From an uncultured bacterium (GTDB taxonomy: Bacteria > Babelota > Babeliae > Babelales > Babelaceae): a DNA stretch of 64,000 nucleotides. The translations under genes were made by a program, and so were the position numbers. Where the stretch lies: NCBI GenBank assembly GCA_963713855.1, contig OY970209.1, positions 1,152,001-1,216,000 of the forward strand, in the 5' to 3' direction. The notes below the pieces were generated by a model. That model saw only the letters and a program-made list of their open reading frames with translations. It did no database searches and was not told where the DNA came from. Positions 10,073 to 20,464 of this stretch are shown in pieces. Position 1 is the first letter of the stretch. Every line of letters starts with the position of its first letter.

Positions 10073-10828
10073 ATGAGCATTTATTTTTTATGCGGCATGC
10101 TCATGTTGAGCATCACCTCATTTTCGAGAGGCATGGAAGAGCGGCATCCGATTGAACCTCATGAGGCCATACTCAGCTCTCTGCTCGAAAAAAATCTCGA
10201 CCTTCGTGATGTGTATCAGATACTTCAAAACCGATCCGAACATGCGAATGAATTACTTAAAAGCATTAAGAGGGGAAAAAAATTTCTCATTAGTAGAGCG
10301 CTTTGGTATATTCGTGAACTGAGTGATCCGGATGAGCAAGGCGCAGGAAATAGCTTAATAGCTCGGGCACTGGACCGCATATCGGACCTCAACGATATTG
10401 TTGAAGAAGGCGGATCTACTTTGCTTCATACGGTCGTCAAGAGTAATAGTTCAAATGGAAATCTCGTACGCCTTGTATTGGCAAGAGGCCTTAAGCCTGA
10501 TATCGTTGACAATCAAGGCATGAGCGCAATGGATTATGCAATTAATACCGGTAACATTGGAAGCGTGAGAGCGTTAATCGATTATGACGCAAAGATTACA
10601 TCAAATCACATCTCGAGAGCTAAAAAGATTTTAAGAAGATATACATATTTAGAAGGATGGGTTGAGCCTCAGGCAATTTTGAATTTATTGGAAGAGACTT
10701 TGCGCGCTCAACAAGCCCCTACCGATATACCCGATCGCAGAGAACATTTGACTCTAGCGGAAATACTAAACCCCGGTCCTATCGAGCCAAGTGTCGAAAG
10801 TTTTAAGGTATGGGGCTTTAACATATAG
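10073..10828 (+). CDS. Exported ankyrin-repeat protein
   Basis: Signal peptide then GMEER; GSTLLHTVV and GMSAMDYAI repeats. Confidence 0.85.
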   Translation: MSIYFLCGMLMLSITSFSRGMEERHPIEPHEAILSSLLEKNLDLRDVYQILQNRSEHANELLKSIKRGKKFLISRALWYIRELSDPDEQGAGNSLIARALDRISDLNDIVEEGGSTLLHTVVKSNSSNGNLVRLVLARGLKPDIVDNQGMSAMDYAINTGNIGSVRALIDYDAKITSNHISRAKKILRRYTYLEGWVEPQAILNLLEETLRAQQAPTDIPDRREHLTLAEILNPGPIEPSVESFKVWGFNI

Positions 10829-11173
10829 TAAAAATATGCCGGTTTTTGTAATTCTCATAAGCATTTCTTGTTTTAAAATAGTTAATGGAAGCTTGTTTTG
10901 GAGAAAATATTAAAAGGCACGGAAGCTTTGTTCTGCTTATTGGCCAATATTTAGCTCAGCCTGCTGCTTTAATTTGCTTGTCAGAGAATCTTTTGGATTT
11001 TACAGCTCTTTGATCTAATGTTGGCTCACAATTAATTAATTCTGCGCATCGAAAATAGCAACAGAATAAGATAGTTGAACGAATTACCATTTTTTCTTAA
11101 AGAATAATATTATTATGTGTTATTATTTATGAAATAAAATTTTATGTTCTATTAAAATAGCCAAGGAGAATAC

Positions 11174-12484
11174 GTGGGTAAAAAAAGGGTAGGAGCACTC
11201 ATTGTTGCACTGTTCGTGCAGAATGAAGTCTTCTTGTACGCGATGGAAGGACAACGACCTGATGAAAATGTAGAATCGGGTATCAATTCTCATCCTGACG
11301 TTTCTATGAGCGATCGATATCGCGAAAGTCGCTACAGCTTGTCCGCATCTAGATCATTCAATACGCAGACTTTTTCAGACGGATTGCTTATGGAAGCTGA
11401 GCTTATTTGCGCTGAAAAATATTTAACTGGAGAGGAACTCGCCGATTATATGCTCGCGCTCAGTAGCTTTAATTTGGAAAGAAGCACAATATTCCTTGAG
11501 CACGGCGCAAACCTTACTTATGCTTTGAAGCGAATTCTTAGTAATGCTCAAATTAAGGGCGCAGACCTCAGAAACTGGGTCTTTTTCTGCCTAATTCATG
11601 GGGCTGTGATTCCTGAAGAATTGGCGCACCGAATACCTTATATAATTGGAGGAGATAGGATAGCTGACGTAACTACAAATATAATAAATGGGTTGCCTAC
11701 TAACGCGACGGATGAAGAAGTTCGCGAACTGTTTCTTTACGCTACAGGAGGCCAAACCCAGCTTGAATTTTTAGAATCCTTGCTACTCCGATACCCACGC
11801 ATTATACAGACTAGAAATTTGCAAGAAGGATTCATTAATGCCGCATATGCGGGTCAAATAGATATACTGAAAATGTTATATGAATTCTTGCTAAAAGGGA
11901 TGGATAAGAATGATGAAACTTGGCTAGAGACTTTTTCATATGCTCTTGCCCGCGCTGCCCAACAGGGGCATTCAGATATTGTCATTACAATCCTAAATTA
12001 TGGAAGTTTACACTCCCATGATTTTAGTCTAGATATAGCTATCGGAGGCGTGGAAGCGGCTCTCAAATTAGAAGGATTGCCTGAAGAGATACGAAAAAAT
12101 TACGAGAAACTGCTTGATAGGTTACGTACAGCAAATACAACTTCTGAAAAAGACAAAGTGCTTGAACGCCTAATCATTCTATCTTCTGAACAAGGTGGGC
12201 TTGGGAACGTAGCTATATCGGTCAAGGTGCCTAAAGTGAAATCCGTTGGCAAGCGCTCCGGAGCACAAACACAGCCTTCCTCGCCTACTACACCGACGAC
12301 GCCCAGAAGGGCCATGACACCAAGAACGCCTAGGATGCGCAGAGCCCAAACTGATGTCGGACAACCAAACCGTGAAGGTAGAATTGAAAGGCCAACAAAT
12401 AGGCACAGTCGTAGAAAGAATGCTTCTATTCTAAGACGTATCTTTGGTGATAAAGAAGAGAAAAACGGAAAAAAAGGTAAGTAG
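11174..12484 (+). CDS. Exported ankyrin-like protein with basic TP-rich tail
   Basis: AAGGAG SD, GTG start; hydrophobic leader then AMEGQ; AAYAGQIDIL and AAQQGHSDIV degenerate ankyrins. Confidence 0.8.
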   Translation: MGKKRVGALIVALFVQNEVFLYAMEGQRPDENVESGINSHPDVSMSDRYRESRYSLSASRSFNTQTFSDGLLMEAELICAEKYLTGEELADYMLALSSFNLERSTIFLEHGANLTYALKRILSNAQIKGADLRNWVFFCLIHGAVIPEELAHRIPYIIGGDRIADVTTNIINGLPTNATDEEVRELFLYATGGQTQLEFLESLLLRYPRIIQTRNLQEGFINAAYAGQIDILKMLYEFLLKGMDKNDETWLETFSYALARAAQQGHSDIVITILNYGSLHSHDFSLDIAIGGVEAALKLEGLPEEIRKNYEKLLDRLRTANTTSEKDKVLERLIILSSEQGGLGNVAISVKVPKVKSVGKRSGAQTQPSSPTTPTTPRRAMTPRTPRMRRAQTDVGQPNREGRIERPTNRHSRRKNASILRRIFGDKEEKNGKKGK

Positions 12485-12661
12485 CAGGCAAGCTGGAGGG
12501 GAAGAACCTCCTTCAGCTTGCAAAAAGAGTTCGTTTTGGAAAGCACTGAGCTTAACTGCTGCTGGAATTTTGTCTGCCCGATAAAATGTTGACATGTATA
12601 AATACTATTTAAAAAAATAAATTATAAATTATATCAATATAAAATTTTATTGGGGATTTGT

Positions 12662-14113
12662 ATGAGTTTGTTCGCTAACGCACGTTGCACGATTATAAGT
12701 CTTTTTCTTTTAACGTATAGCGTGGCGGTCTTTCCTGTTGACGAAGTAGACAAAGCGAAGAGAGCGCAAAAACAAGAAAGAAAAAAAAGAAGACTGGAAA
12801 GGCACCAGCTAAATTCGGATTTAGCAACGGCGGTTGAGAGAGGAGATATCCCGGTGGCACAAGAAGCACTAGAGGAAGGCGCCGACCCAAATATAAGAAG
12901 AGGGAGCGCTTTATTAGAGGCTGGGGGAGAATTTATACCTCATTACGGCGAATCACCTACCATGATTCAAACTGCTCTACTCCTAGGCGATTTGCATATG
13001 GTACAATTCCTTTCAGGTGTTGCCAGATTTAATCCAACTGGATTACCTCGTAGATCAAGAGGTAGCCTTCTCAATTTTGCTATCCCATCTGGAAATCTTG
13101 AATTGGTCGAATGGCTTGTTGCTAAGGGAGCCGATATGCTAGCGCCAAGTGGTACCTTAGATCAAAGGCCGATAGATGTAGCCCTCGTATTTGACCAGAT
13201 GCCCATTTTTCAATACTTATTAGAGCACGGTGCTGTAATAGCTGGTGGGCCATTGAGCTTAATAGGTCAGATAATCTCAGCCTCATGGAATCAGCCAGAC
13301 CAAACAATCATAAGATCAATTGATATTGCACTGGAAAATGGGTACGACATAAATGCTCATTTTGATGATCCAAGCCCTTTGTGGCTGGCTATTAAATACA
13401 AAAAACACGGAGGAATGCTTTTACAGTGGCTTATTGAGCAAGGTGCGGCTGTCACGACATCGGTAAATAAATTACTTGCACTGCGAAAGAAAGATGATAT
13501 CTTTGAAAATCCCCTACTTGATGCCATTGCTTTTGGACGTTTTGATGAGGCTTCAAAAATCCTGACAGAATTAAAAAATAAGACGCGCTTAAGCGGTAGT
13601 AACGAATTCTTAATAGCTGCAGCACTCGGTCTTGCGTCAGCTCAGGGGTTTACCCCTGTCGTTTTAGAGATCTTAGCTCGTTTCAGCACTGATCTTCATA
13701 ATAGACAAATATTTGCCGGTGCTCTTTTGCGAGCTGCTAGAAATGGGCACTCGGACGTTGTTCAAGCAATTTTTGAAAATCAGTCTGGGGCAATTGAACA
13801 TAACATTAAAGATTGGAGACAGGACTTGAGCAGAGCTTTGCGCTTGGCAGCTCTATAGTGAAGAAAAGACGTTGTAATGGTCATTCTTACTCAAAATTCA
13901 ATCCGCAATCTGATGATCCCACTCGATCCGGCTATGAAAGCTCTTCGAGAGGTCCTTGGCCAATCTCTAAGCGAAACAATGAGAAAAGAATACACTGAAC
14001 TTTTAGAAACCCTCGAGTTCGCCGGAACACATGAGCGGTCTCCGGAAGAAAATTTACTTGGACTACCTTCGGGGATAACGCGGCAACCAGCACATGATTC
14101 ATTATCACACTAG
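12662..14113 (+). pseudogene. Exported ankyrin-repeat protein interrupted by tandem in-frame stops (TAG TGA at 13856-13861)
   Basis: ORFs 12650-13858 and 13877-14113 share a frame; the stops fall inside an ankyrin repeat; the downstream part matches paralog C-termini. The 399-aa upstream part may still be expressed. Confidence 0.7.
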
Positions 14114-14146
14114 GTTTACACATCTTTTTACTTTTTTTATTGTGCT

Positions 14147-14539
14147 TTATAGGTGTGACTTTATGCCTGCAAGGTAGACATTACCGTTACCATCCAAGTG
14201 GAGGCTTAAAGTAGAATTATCACAAGTAGTCGGCAGATTGGCAGTGTTTCTTGGCAGACCTAAATTGAACTTCGTTCCATTTTTATCTTGTAACTGGCCT
14301 TCAACGCTGTTAAAGCAGCACGGTATTCCCGTGGCTGTTCCTTTCATCACTACTTTTTGCTTTTGGGAAGCACCCTGTGCAATGGGATCAAAGAAAGCGT
14401 CATAGCACCAGCTGGGGGTACGAACTATCACATTTGTAGCAGTGTAACCAGTCCAATTAGATACCCAAATATCAGTCGCTAAGCAAAAAGTGGAGAGCGT
14501 AAGCATTGGTAGTAAGGCTATAACTCGATAAGAAATCAT
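14147..14539 (-). CDS. Small exported Cys-rich protein (CC motif family)
   Basis: Signal peptide; WC...PCC...PTTCD..LSL pattern shared with 27632-28734. Confidence 0.75.
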   Translation of the reverse strand: MISYRVIALLPMLTLSTFCLATDIWVSNWTGYTATNVIVRTPSWCYDAFFDPIAQGASQKQKVVMKGTATGIPCCFNSVEGQLQDKNGTKFNLGLPRNTANLPTTCDNSTLSLHLDGNGNVYLAGIKSHL

Positions 14540-14812
14540 TTTTGGCCCCTTTATAATGTCTAATTTAATTTAGGGTTATATACTTATAATAAACAAATTA
14601 AATTCCAAAATGCAATAATTACACTGGAATAATGGCGACAATTGATTTTTGCCCAAAAAGCCCCTACCTGTAGAAAATCGAGGAAGGTTTTTGGTTTCAT
14701 GAAAGTCGATAATCGTGAGTCCTTATAATACAAGAAAACTACGGCCAGGATTACAGGTACCTGGCCTATTAGTCGAGTGTTTAGAAATAGTGTAACTCTT
14801 TTCTCGCTTACC

Positions 14813-15193
14813 CTAGCAAGTTGCTAACGGTCCGCACTCGGTTGCCTTTTCCTTGGCATAGACGTGCTCTAAGTCTTCTAACCACGATGTATCGATTTCG
14901 CGTATAGATCGACCCATCTTGAGACCCATAAGCTCTCGTAATAGCATGTAATGGAAAATCACTTCAACCCAATAGCTTTTATCATCGGGATTTTTCTGAA
15001 GTTCTTCTGTAAAAGCACCAATTGCATGAAGGAGGGAGCCAATTTTTTGCGGAAGGCTTACGACGCCGTTATCTTCCCAAAAGACCAAAGCGTATTTTTT
15101 CCATTCCTCATAAGGTATTCCGTACGAGTACAATGAGTTTACATCCTGACGGAGTAACTTTACTGTCTTTGGGTTTCCCCACTTCTTTCTCAA
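14813..15193 (-). pseudogene. 5'-truncated paralog fragment of the 16849-19302 C-terminal repeat
   Basis: PYEEWKK...LLHAIGAF...FHYMLLRELMGLK...IDTSWL aligns with PYTLWKQ...LLESIGRF...YSYNFLRELSGLK...IDFAWL; TTG start, no signal peptide. Confidence 0.65.
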
Positions 15194-15340
15194 TTTTGGC
15201 GATTTCTTTTAATACATTCATACCTTGCATAGAAGGTTGATTCATGGTTAGAGATGGAAGTCCCGGAATCCAGCCCGTAAGAGACTGTGCGGCGATCTTC
15301 TCTATGAATTTCGTTGATTGTGTCTTCTAGTCGATAGTAC

Positions 15341-16705
15341 TTATGTTTTGACATAGCGTGCCGCTTTTCCGCTGCCAATCTTTTTGATTAATTTTTGAAA
15401 GACCAATAAAGATAGCCTTCTGCCCGCTGTAGCTCGACTGAGATGAAGCTGCTCGATCACGTCTACAATCGTTATCTCCGGTGAGGTATCAAGTAGTTGC
15501 ATAATACGATGTAGATCGCTCTCTATACCTGTTGTTTCAGGTGTTTGTTGCTCTCTCATTTGCTTTCTTGGCAATATACACTTAACGTAATTTTCGCCTT
15601 CGGTAACTTGCGGCGTTGGTAAACCTCGTTCCCGATAGCTTTCAAAAAGTGTGAGAAATCCAGTTCCTAAAGTCTCAATAAGCCCAAGATGTCGCAGTAG
15701 TTTGGTTATTGCCAGGTTGCGGATATAGGTAAGTCCGCATAAAAGTGTATCAGGGGTTAGAGGGCCCGGAAATCCGCCAGGACTAAAGATTTCAATTCTG
15801 TTATCAAAAAGAGCTATCTTTATTGGGGCTTGAATATGGTAATTGCGGTGCACTATCGCATTTATGAGTATTTCGCGCAAGGCTATTTCAGGTATTTCAA
15901 GTTGCTCGGCTCTTTTTGGCCCCTCGATGACGAATGAGCGCTGAAGCTTACTAAGAATGAAGTTATACGCTTCGTAAAACTGATTCACCAATGTGCCGGT
16001 ACAGTCGAGTGAAGAAAGAGCTTCACGCCCCGAAATCCCAGCAAATTGGGTACAAATAATAAATGCTTGGTTAAGAAATCGTTGAGGATCTTTTGCGCAT
16101 ACTAGGATTCCTGCGACAGTTGGGTACTGATGCGCGTGCTCATGAGCAACAAGATTGTAAGCATCAAGAGCATTTTCTACCGCTACCTGTGCTCCAATAT
16201 TAATCTTGCGCTGAGTAAGAAATTCCTTAATTTTATGTACGTCAAGATCTTCCACAGTAGCCTGATACACGGGCATCATATCGAAAGATTTGCCGCGGGA
16301 TTGCCACTTGAGCTCCTCTATCATGTCTGCGTTTGCTAGTAGTGTGCTTCTACCAAGACGAATATAGGTGCCTTTATCCAATCCATCTGATTTCTTGAAA
16401 TAAGGTTTATTCATGCCAGCGCATACTTCAATGATGAGAATGGTTTTGCTTCCTATCGTCTGTGCATATATTTGAGGGATGATGGGAGGTTGCGAAGCCT
16501 CATGAATCGACTTGTCAAGATACTCCATTGCTTGCTGAATATCTCCTTCAGCCATCCCAACAATTGTTCCGTTATTGTCGACCCCAATAACAAGCTTGCC
16601 GCCGTTCTGGTTACAAAAACCAATTACTGTTTTAATGATCTGGTCGCTCTTTGGAAGTTCCCTTTTAAGTTCGAGAGTTGACGACTCGCGCTCACCATAC
16701 TTCAT
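15341..16705 (-). CDS. AlbA_2/Schlafen-like + HATPase_c_4 (RecG-C-like) + HTH protein
   Basis: ESSTLELK...FCNQNGGKLVIGV; ALREILINAIVHRNY; IEIFSPGG; RNLAI; LGTG; C-terminal winged HTH. Confidence 0.9.
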   Translation of the reverse strand: MKYGERESSTLELKRELPKSDQIIKTVIGFCNQNGGKLVIGVDNNGTIVGMAEGDIQQAMEYLDKSIHEASQPPIIPQIYAQTIGSKTILIIEVCAGMNKPYFKKSDGLDKGTYIRLGRSTLLANADMIEELKWQSRGKSFDMMPVYQATVEDLDVHKIKEFLTQRKINIGAQVAVENALDAYNLVAHEHAHQYPTVAGILVCAKDPQRFLNQAFIICTQFAGISGREALSSLDCTGTLVNQFYEAYNFILSKLQRSFVIEGPKRAEQLEIPEIALREILINAIVHRNYHIQAPIKIALFDNRIEIFSPGGFPGPLTPDTLLCGLTYIRNLAITKLLRHLGLIETLGTGFLTLFESYRERGLPTPQVTEGENYVKCILPRKQMREQQTPETTGIESDLHRIMQLLDTSPEITIVDVIEQLHLSRATAGRRLSLLVFQKLIKKIGSGKAARYVKT

Positions 16706-16852
16706 GACTCATCCTGATAATAGAGATTAACTCAATTTACTTGATTGAGTTAAATGAGTCAATAGAATGATAAAATATAGCTCATTCAACTCAATATTAA
16801 CTCACTGAGTTAAATCATGAACTACCCTGAGATGATTGGGTTTTTGAGTTAA
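16706..16852. promoter_or_regulatory. Array of (A/G)CTCA/TGAG(T/C) motifs with palindromes; putative operator
   Basis: About 10 copies in 150 bp, including TTAACTCAAT-N7-ATTGAGTTAA (16727-16753) and TTAACTCACTGAGTTAA (16797-16813). Confidence 0.6.
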
Positions 16853-19302
16853 GTTAGAACTGGGGGCTCTTTCGAAAGAGATGCCTTATCGATATCGGTC
16901 CAAGATTGTACAGGTGGCAGATGCTCAAGTTCTCTCAAGAAATTATACCTATAAAGTGCTTCTCGCTGTCGAAAAGAATTGCTAGGAGCATCTTTAAGAG
17001 ACAATAGTACCTGATCTCTTAAAGTAGATTTCTGTTGAGAAGTTGGGGTATTAGTGCTCTGAAAAAGGCTTTCTTGATGCTTTTTCCAATACTTGTATTG
17101 AACTTTTTTAAGCCAAGGAATGCTAATTTGCTTAACAGACTGTGCACGAGGCACATGGAGTAAATCACGTAGATAATTATATTCGTGTAAAGTCTTGATT
17201 TCAAAGTAAATGGGAGAAATTTCATAGAGATCAAGGAAGGTAAATATTAGAGTAACTAGCGAATCGATGCTCATATCTTTTTTTACGGTCTGTGTCGCGT
17301 CTTTCCAGAGCTGATAGTCTTGAGCACCTAACCATGCGAAGTCAATTGCAGAAAAATCAAGAACCGGTTTAAGCCCTGATAATTCCCTCAGAAAATTATA
17401 ACTATATAACACTTTCTGAGTCTTCAAGATATGCTCGGGATCAAACCTTCCAAACCTTCCTATAGACTCCAATAAATCAAGCTTTCGTTGGCTCAAATTA
17501 TCAAAATTTCTGGATAGATTCCATTCTTCTACCTTCTTTTGCTTCCATAAGGTATAAGGGGAGATGTCATTGAGACCAAATTTAAAAGCCAGGGCATTCA
17601 AGAGTTTTTCAACGTCATTTTGGTAAAACAACTCACCAGAGTCTTTCTGTTGAGAATCTACATCAGCACCATAAAGCGGACCGTAGACTTTTTGCATTGT
17701 TGAAAGACGTATAAAAAAATCGTGGGCCTTTTTAACATTTTCAACCGTCGGATCTGCCAAAAGGAGTTCTTGCCCTTTCTTAAGTAGGCTTTCAGTGGCC
17801 TTCTCGTACTCACGGGGTGTAGTTAATGCAAGCTGCTTACTTAATGGCTCATCACGTCGAGGCTCTGAAATGGACGACTTACTTCGCGCTGTTTCCATCA
17901 TGCGAGCAACTATAGCGCGTAGTTCTTTTTTGTAACTTTCTAATTTATTAGGATCTATTGTCATGTATCTATATATTTTTACACCGCTAGAAGGATTTAA
18001 AAGGAAATCATCGGTAAGTAGAATACGCCCCTGAATCATATCCATAACATCAACCGGAATTGCGGCGGGATGATTTTTGTAGATGTCTAAGTAGGTCTTC
18101 GCATCAATTTCTTGAGTGTTATAAGACCGTATAATTTTTCCTTGAGCATCCTTAAGAGTGATTCGTTCAAGTTTTGTCTCTTGCGTATAGAATGAACAAT
18201 TTTTCCAAATATCGTTACCTCCCAAGGCCATACAATTAACCGGCAGACCGTAAGGCAATGATAAATAGACATAATCATTTACCTTATCTTTGGGAATAAA
18301 GATTTGGAGCAGGCTGCCAGTATCACTAATAAGATATTTCTCATAGAGCGCAGTTAATTGGTCTACAAACTGAAGGTCAATTATAAGCCCAAGATCGGCA
18401 ACCACTCCCGCTATAAAGGAACGAGGGTTTTTTCCGTATGGGCTATTGATGCTTGTCCCGTCCAGAAAATACTGCATTGTTGATTCTGATTCATCCTTTG
18501 CATTGCCAAAAAGTGAAAGATTTACAGAAAGTAACAAGTTTCTTATTCGAGGGTCATGATCGATACTAAAGCCTTTCTTGAGCAAATTGGACAGTATTTC
18601 ATTCGAGCTGGAAGCCCCAGGAATCCGCAGGTAATAAAATGGGGAATCTGCTTTAGATTGAGCTGCATACTTTAAAACTTCAGTAACAATATCTTGAAAA
18701 AGGGCATAAATAGTAGCTTCTGCGTGATAAAACACATCATAAGACGCATGTTCTCGCTCTTTACTAATAGCTGAAAGCACAAGATTTTGTGGTATTTCTT
18801 GGTATTCGAGAGAATCGAGCACTTCTGCACGCAAATTGGGTCGCTTTAAAAAAGCTTCTGTTTGGGTAGCTGCTCCCTTGAGGGGTATATTGCGCAAGGT
18901 GTCCACATTTTTTAAATAATTACTATCTTCAACAGCAACTTCATTCACTAAGATAGGCTCAAAATGGCTTTGCAATGAAAATTTTTGGCTAAGGTTGTCG
19001 AGTAAATCATAAGCTTCCGAAAGCGCTAAGCGCCAGTCGGCTGTGGGCGAGTACCTTTGGTATACCTCCAGGAAGGTCAAAAGACGTCTATAAAGATTGT
19101 CAGCGGCAGCTTTATTGGAAGAAGTTACCGGCAAGCTTTCAAGTTTTTTTCCTGCTTCAATGAGCGGAAGTACTTTTTCTTCAAATACCTTATAGCTTGG
19201 GGCAGCGAAATCTGTACTGATAATTTCTTGAACAGTTGTTTGACCAAAGGCGCTACTTAAACTAATCGACAGTAAAGAGAGAATGAGCATTTTAAATTTC
19301 AT
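16849..19302 (-). CDS. Large exported protein: central globular (possibly ART-like) domain and three C-terminal YNxLR repeats
   Basis: Clear signal peptide; 817-aa ORF; three repeats of YN(F/Y)LRxL...I(D/S). Confidence 0.8.
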   Translation of the reverse strand: MKFKMLILSLLSISLSSAFGQTTVQEIISTDFAAPSYKVFEEKVLPLIEAGKKLESLPVTSSNKAAADNLYRRLLTFLEVYQRYSPTADWRLALSEAYDLLDNLSQKFSLQSHFEPILVNEVAVEDSNYLKNVDTLRNIPLKGAATQTEAFLKRPNLRAEVLDSLEYQEIPQNLVLSAISKEREHASYDVFYHAEATIYALFQDIVTEVLKYAAQSKADSPFYYLRIPGASSSNEILSNLLKKGFSIDHDPRIRNLLLSVNLSLFGNAKDESESTMQYFLDGTSINSPYGKNPRSFIAGVVADLGLIIDLQFVDQLTALYEKYLISDTGSLLQIFIPKDKVNDYVYLSLPYGLPVNCMALGGNDIWKNCSFYTQETKLERITLKDAQGKIIRSYNTQEIDAKTYLDIYKNHPAAIPVDVMDMIQGRILLTDDFLLNPSSGVKIYRYMTIDPNKLESYKKELRAIVARMMETARSKSSISEPRRDEPLSKQLALTTPREYEKATESLLKKGQELLLADPTVENVKKAHDFFIRLSTMQKVYGPLYGADVDSQQKDSGELFYQNDVEKLLNALAFKFGLNDISPYTLWKQKKVEEWNLSRNFDNLSQRKLDLLESIGRFGRFDPEHILKTQKVLYSYNFLRELSGLKPVLDFSAIDFAWLGAQDYQLWKDATQTVKKDMSIDSLVTLIFTFLDLYEISPIYFEIKTLHEYNYLRDLLHVPRAQSVKQISIPWLKKVQYKYWKKHQESLFQSTNTPTSQQKSTLRDQVLLSLKDAPSNSFRQREALYRYNFLRELEHLPPVQSWTDIDKASLSKEPPVLT

Positions 19303-19470
19303 CTATTTTCTTTCTTTATATTTTAATAATATATTAATATTATAATAGAAAATATCAACAAAAAGCAATGATCGCTCATCTCAAAGAGCAACATTCATTG
19401 CGTAAATAAGTGCTTTCTTAGGATGTCGAAAGTTGGTTTTAGCACGGTTTTGTAGAAGAGTTTTTCGTAA

Positions 19471-19683
19471 TTAAAACAAGTCGGTATCAGGGCACTTAAG
19501 AGCAACGCAATTCCAGTACTCATGTGGACAATTTTGGCCTATGCCACCTAACGGGGACAAGGCAGCAAGACAAAAGCGCTTTGCACATTTATTTAGACAA
19601 TCTTGTATAGCACCTGGTCTTGTTTGCCCAACAAAAGCAGAACAGATGAATAAAAATAGTACGAACCGAGATGCGATTTTCAT
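19471..19683 (-). CDS. Small exported six-Cys peptide
   Basis: AAGGG SD; signal peptide; mature part CLNKCAKRFC...C...NC...KC. Confidence 0.65.
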   Translation of the reverse strand: MKIASRFVLFLFICSAFVGQTRPGAIQDCLNKCAKRFCLAALSPLGGIGQNCPHEYWNCVALKCPDTDLF

Positions 19684-20464
19684 TATTTTTCCCTTTAATT
19701 ACATCATTCTATACTATATTATCATTATAATTTTCTAATATGCAATAATATTAAAAACCATAAACCCATCTGTCAATTGGCTCTGTGGCTTATTTGATGC
19801 TTTTGTAACCGTATCGATCGTAGCTATTTCTCTATTAATAGCATGGAGCAATGGCCAAGTTTTATAACAAGGGGAGCGCCAAGGAAACCCTTGGTGCTCC
19901 TTACTTGGCAAGAACTTACGTTAACTCAATAAGCATCAGCGCCTTATTCATACTTCCGCACGAATTCTTGAAGGAAAATGGCAGGCACTTGAGGCCAGGA
20001 AGCACGTGAGTTTTCTTCAATAGCTCTGACGGGATTTTCCGTATCAATTATTCATATCAAAAAAGACCACAAGCAGTTAAGGTGGCATGCGTCGCGAGTT
20101 TGCTCACTATGAGCAACATTCACCGCTGTCCGCATACAAAGCAAAGAGCTTCATGTCGCTCTTCTTCGTTCTCTCTCTGTTCATTGCTTGCACTGGCAGA
20201 GCGCAGCCTGATAAAGCGATTGCTATAAAAAAAGTTTCACGATATTTTTCATTTTTCTATCCGTATAAGAAAGAATATTGAGGATTTATAAAATTTCAGT
20301 ATTAACAAATTTCTTTTTGCGTCAAAACTTTAAAAGCTATCGCCATTATCTCTCCTTATTTTAAAGCACAATGTAGCACGTCCACAAAAAAGGTGAAAAA
20401 GTTCGGTAGAGTTTTCTTTTTTGGCTGGTACAATTGAAAAGAAGTTATTTTCAGGATTCTAAAT

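Noticed and set aside
687..13861. TGA recoded as Gly (genetic code 25), suggested by two TGA codons at Gly positions
   Set aside because: TGA acts as a true stop in coupled ATGA/TGATG overlaps (6317-6320, 28321-28324, 53434-53438), long genes contain no internal TGA, and one case is preceded by TAG
15190..15378. 62-aa ORF overlapping the end of the AlbA gene
   Set aside because: Overlaps a confident gene, has no SD or motif, and is probably part of the decayed paralog region
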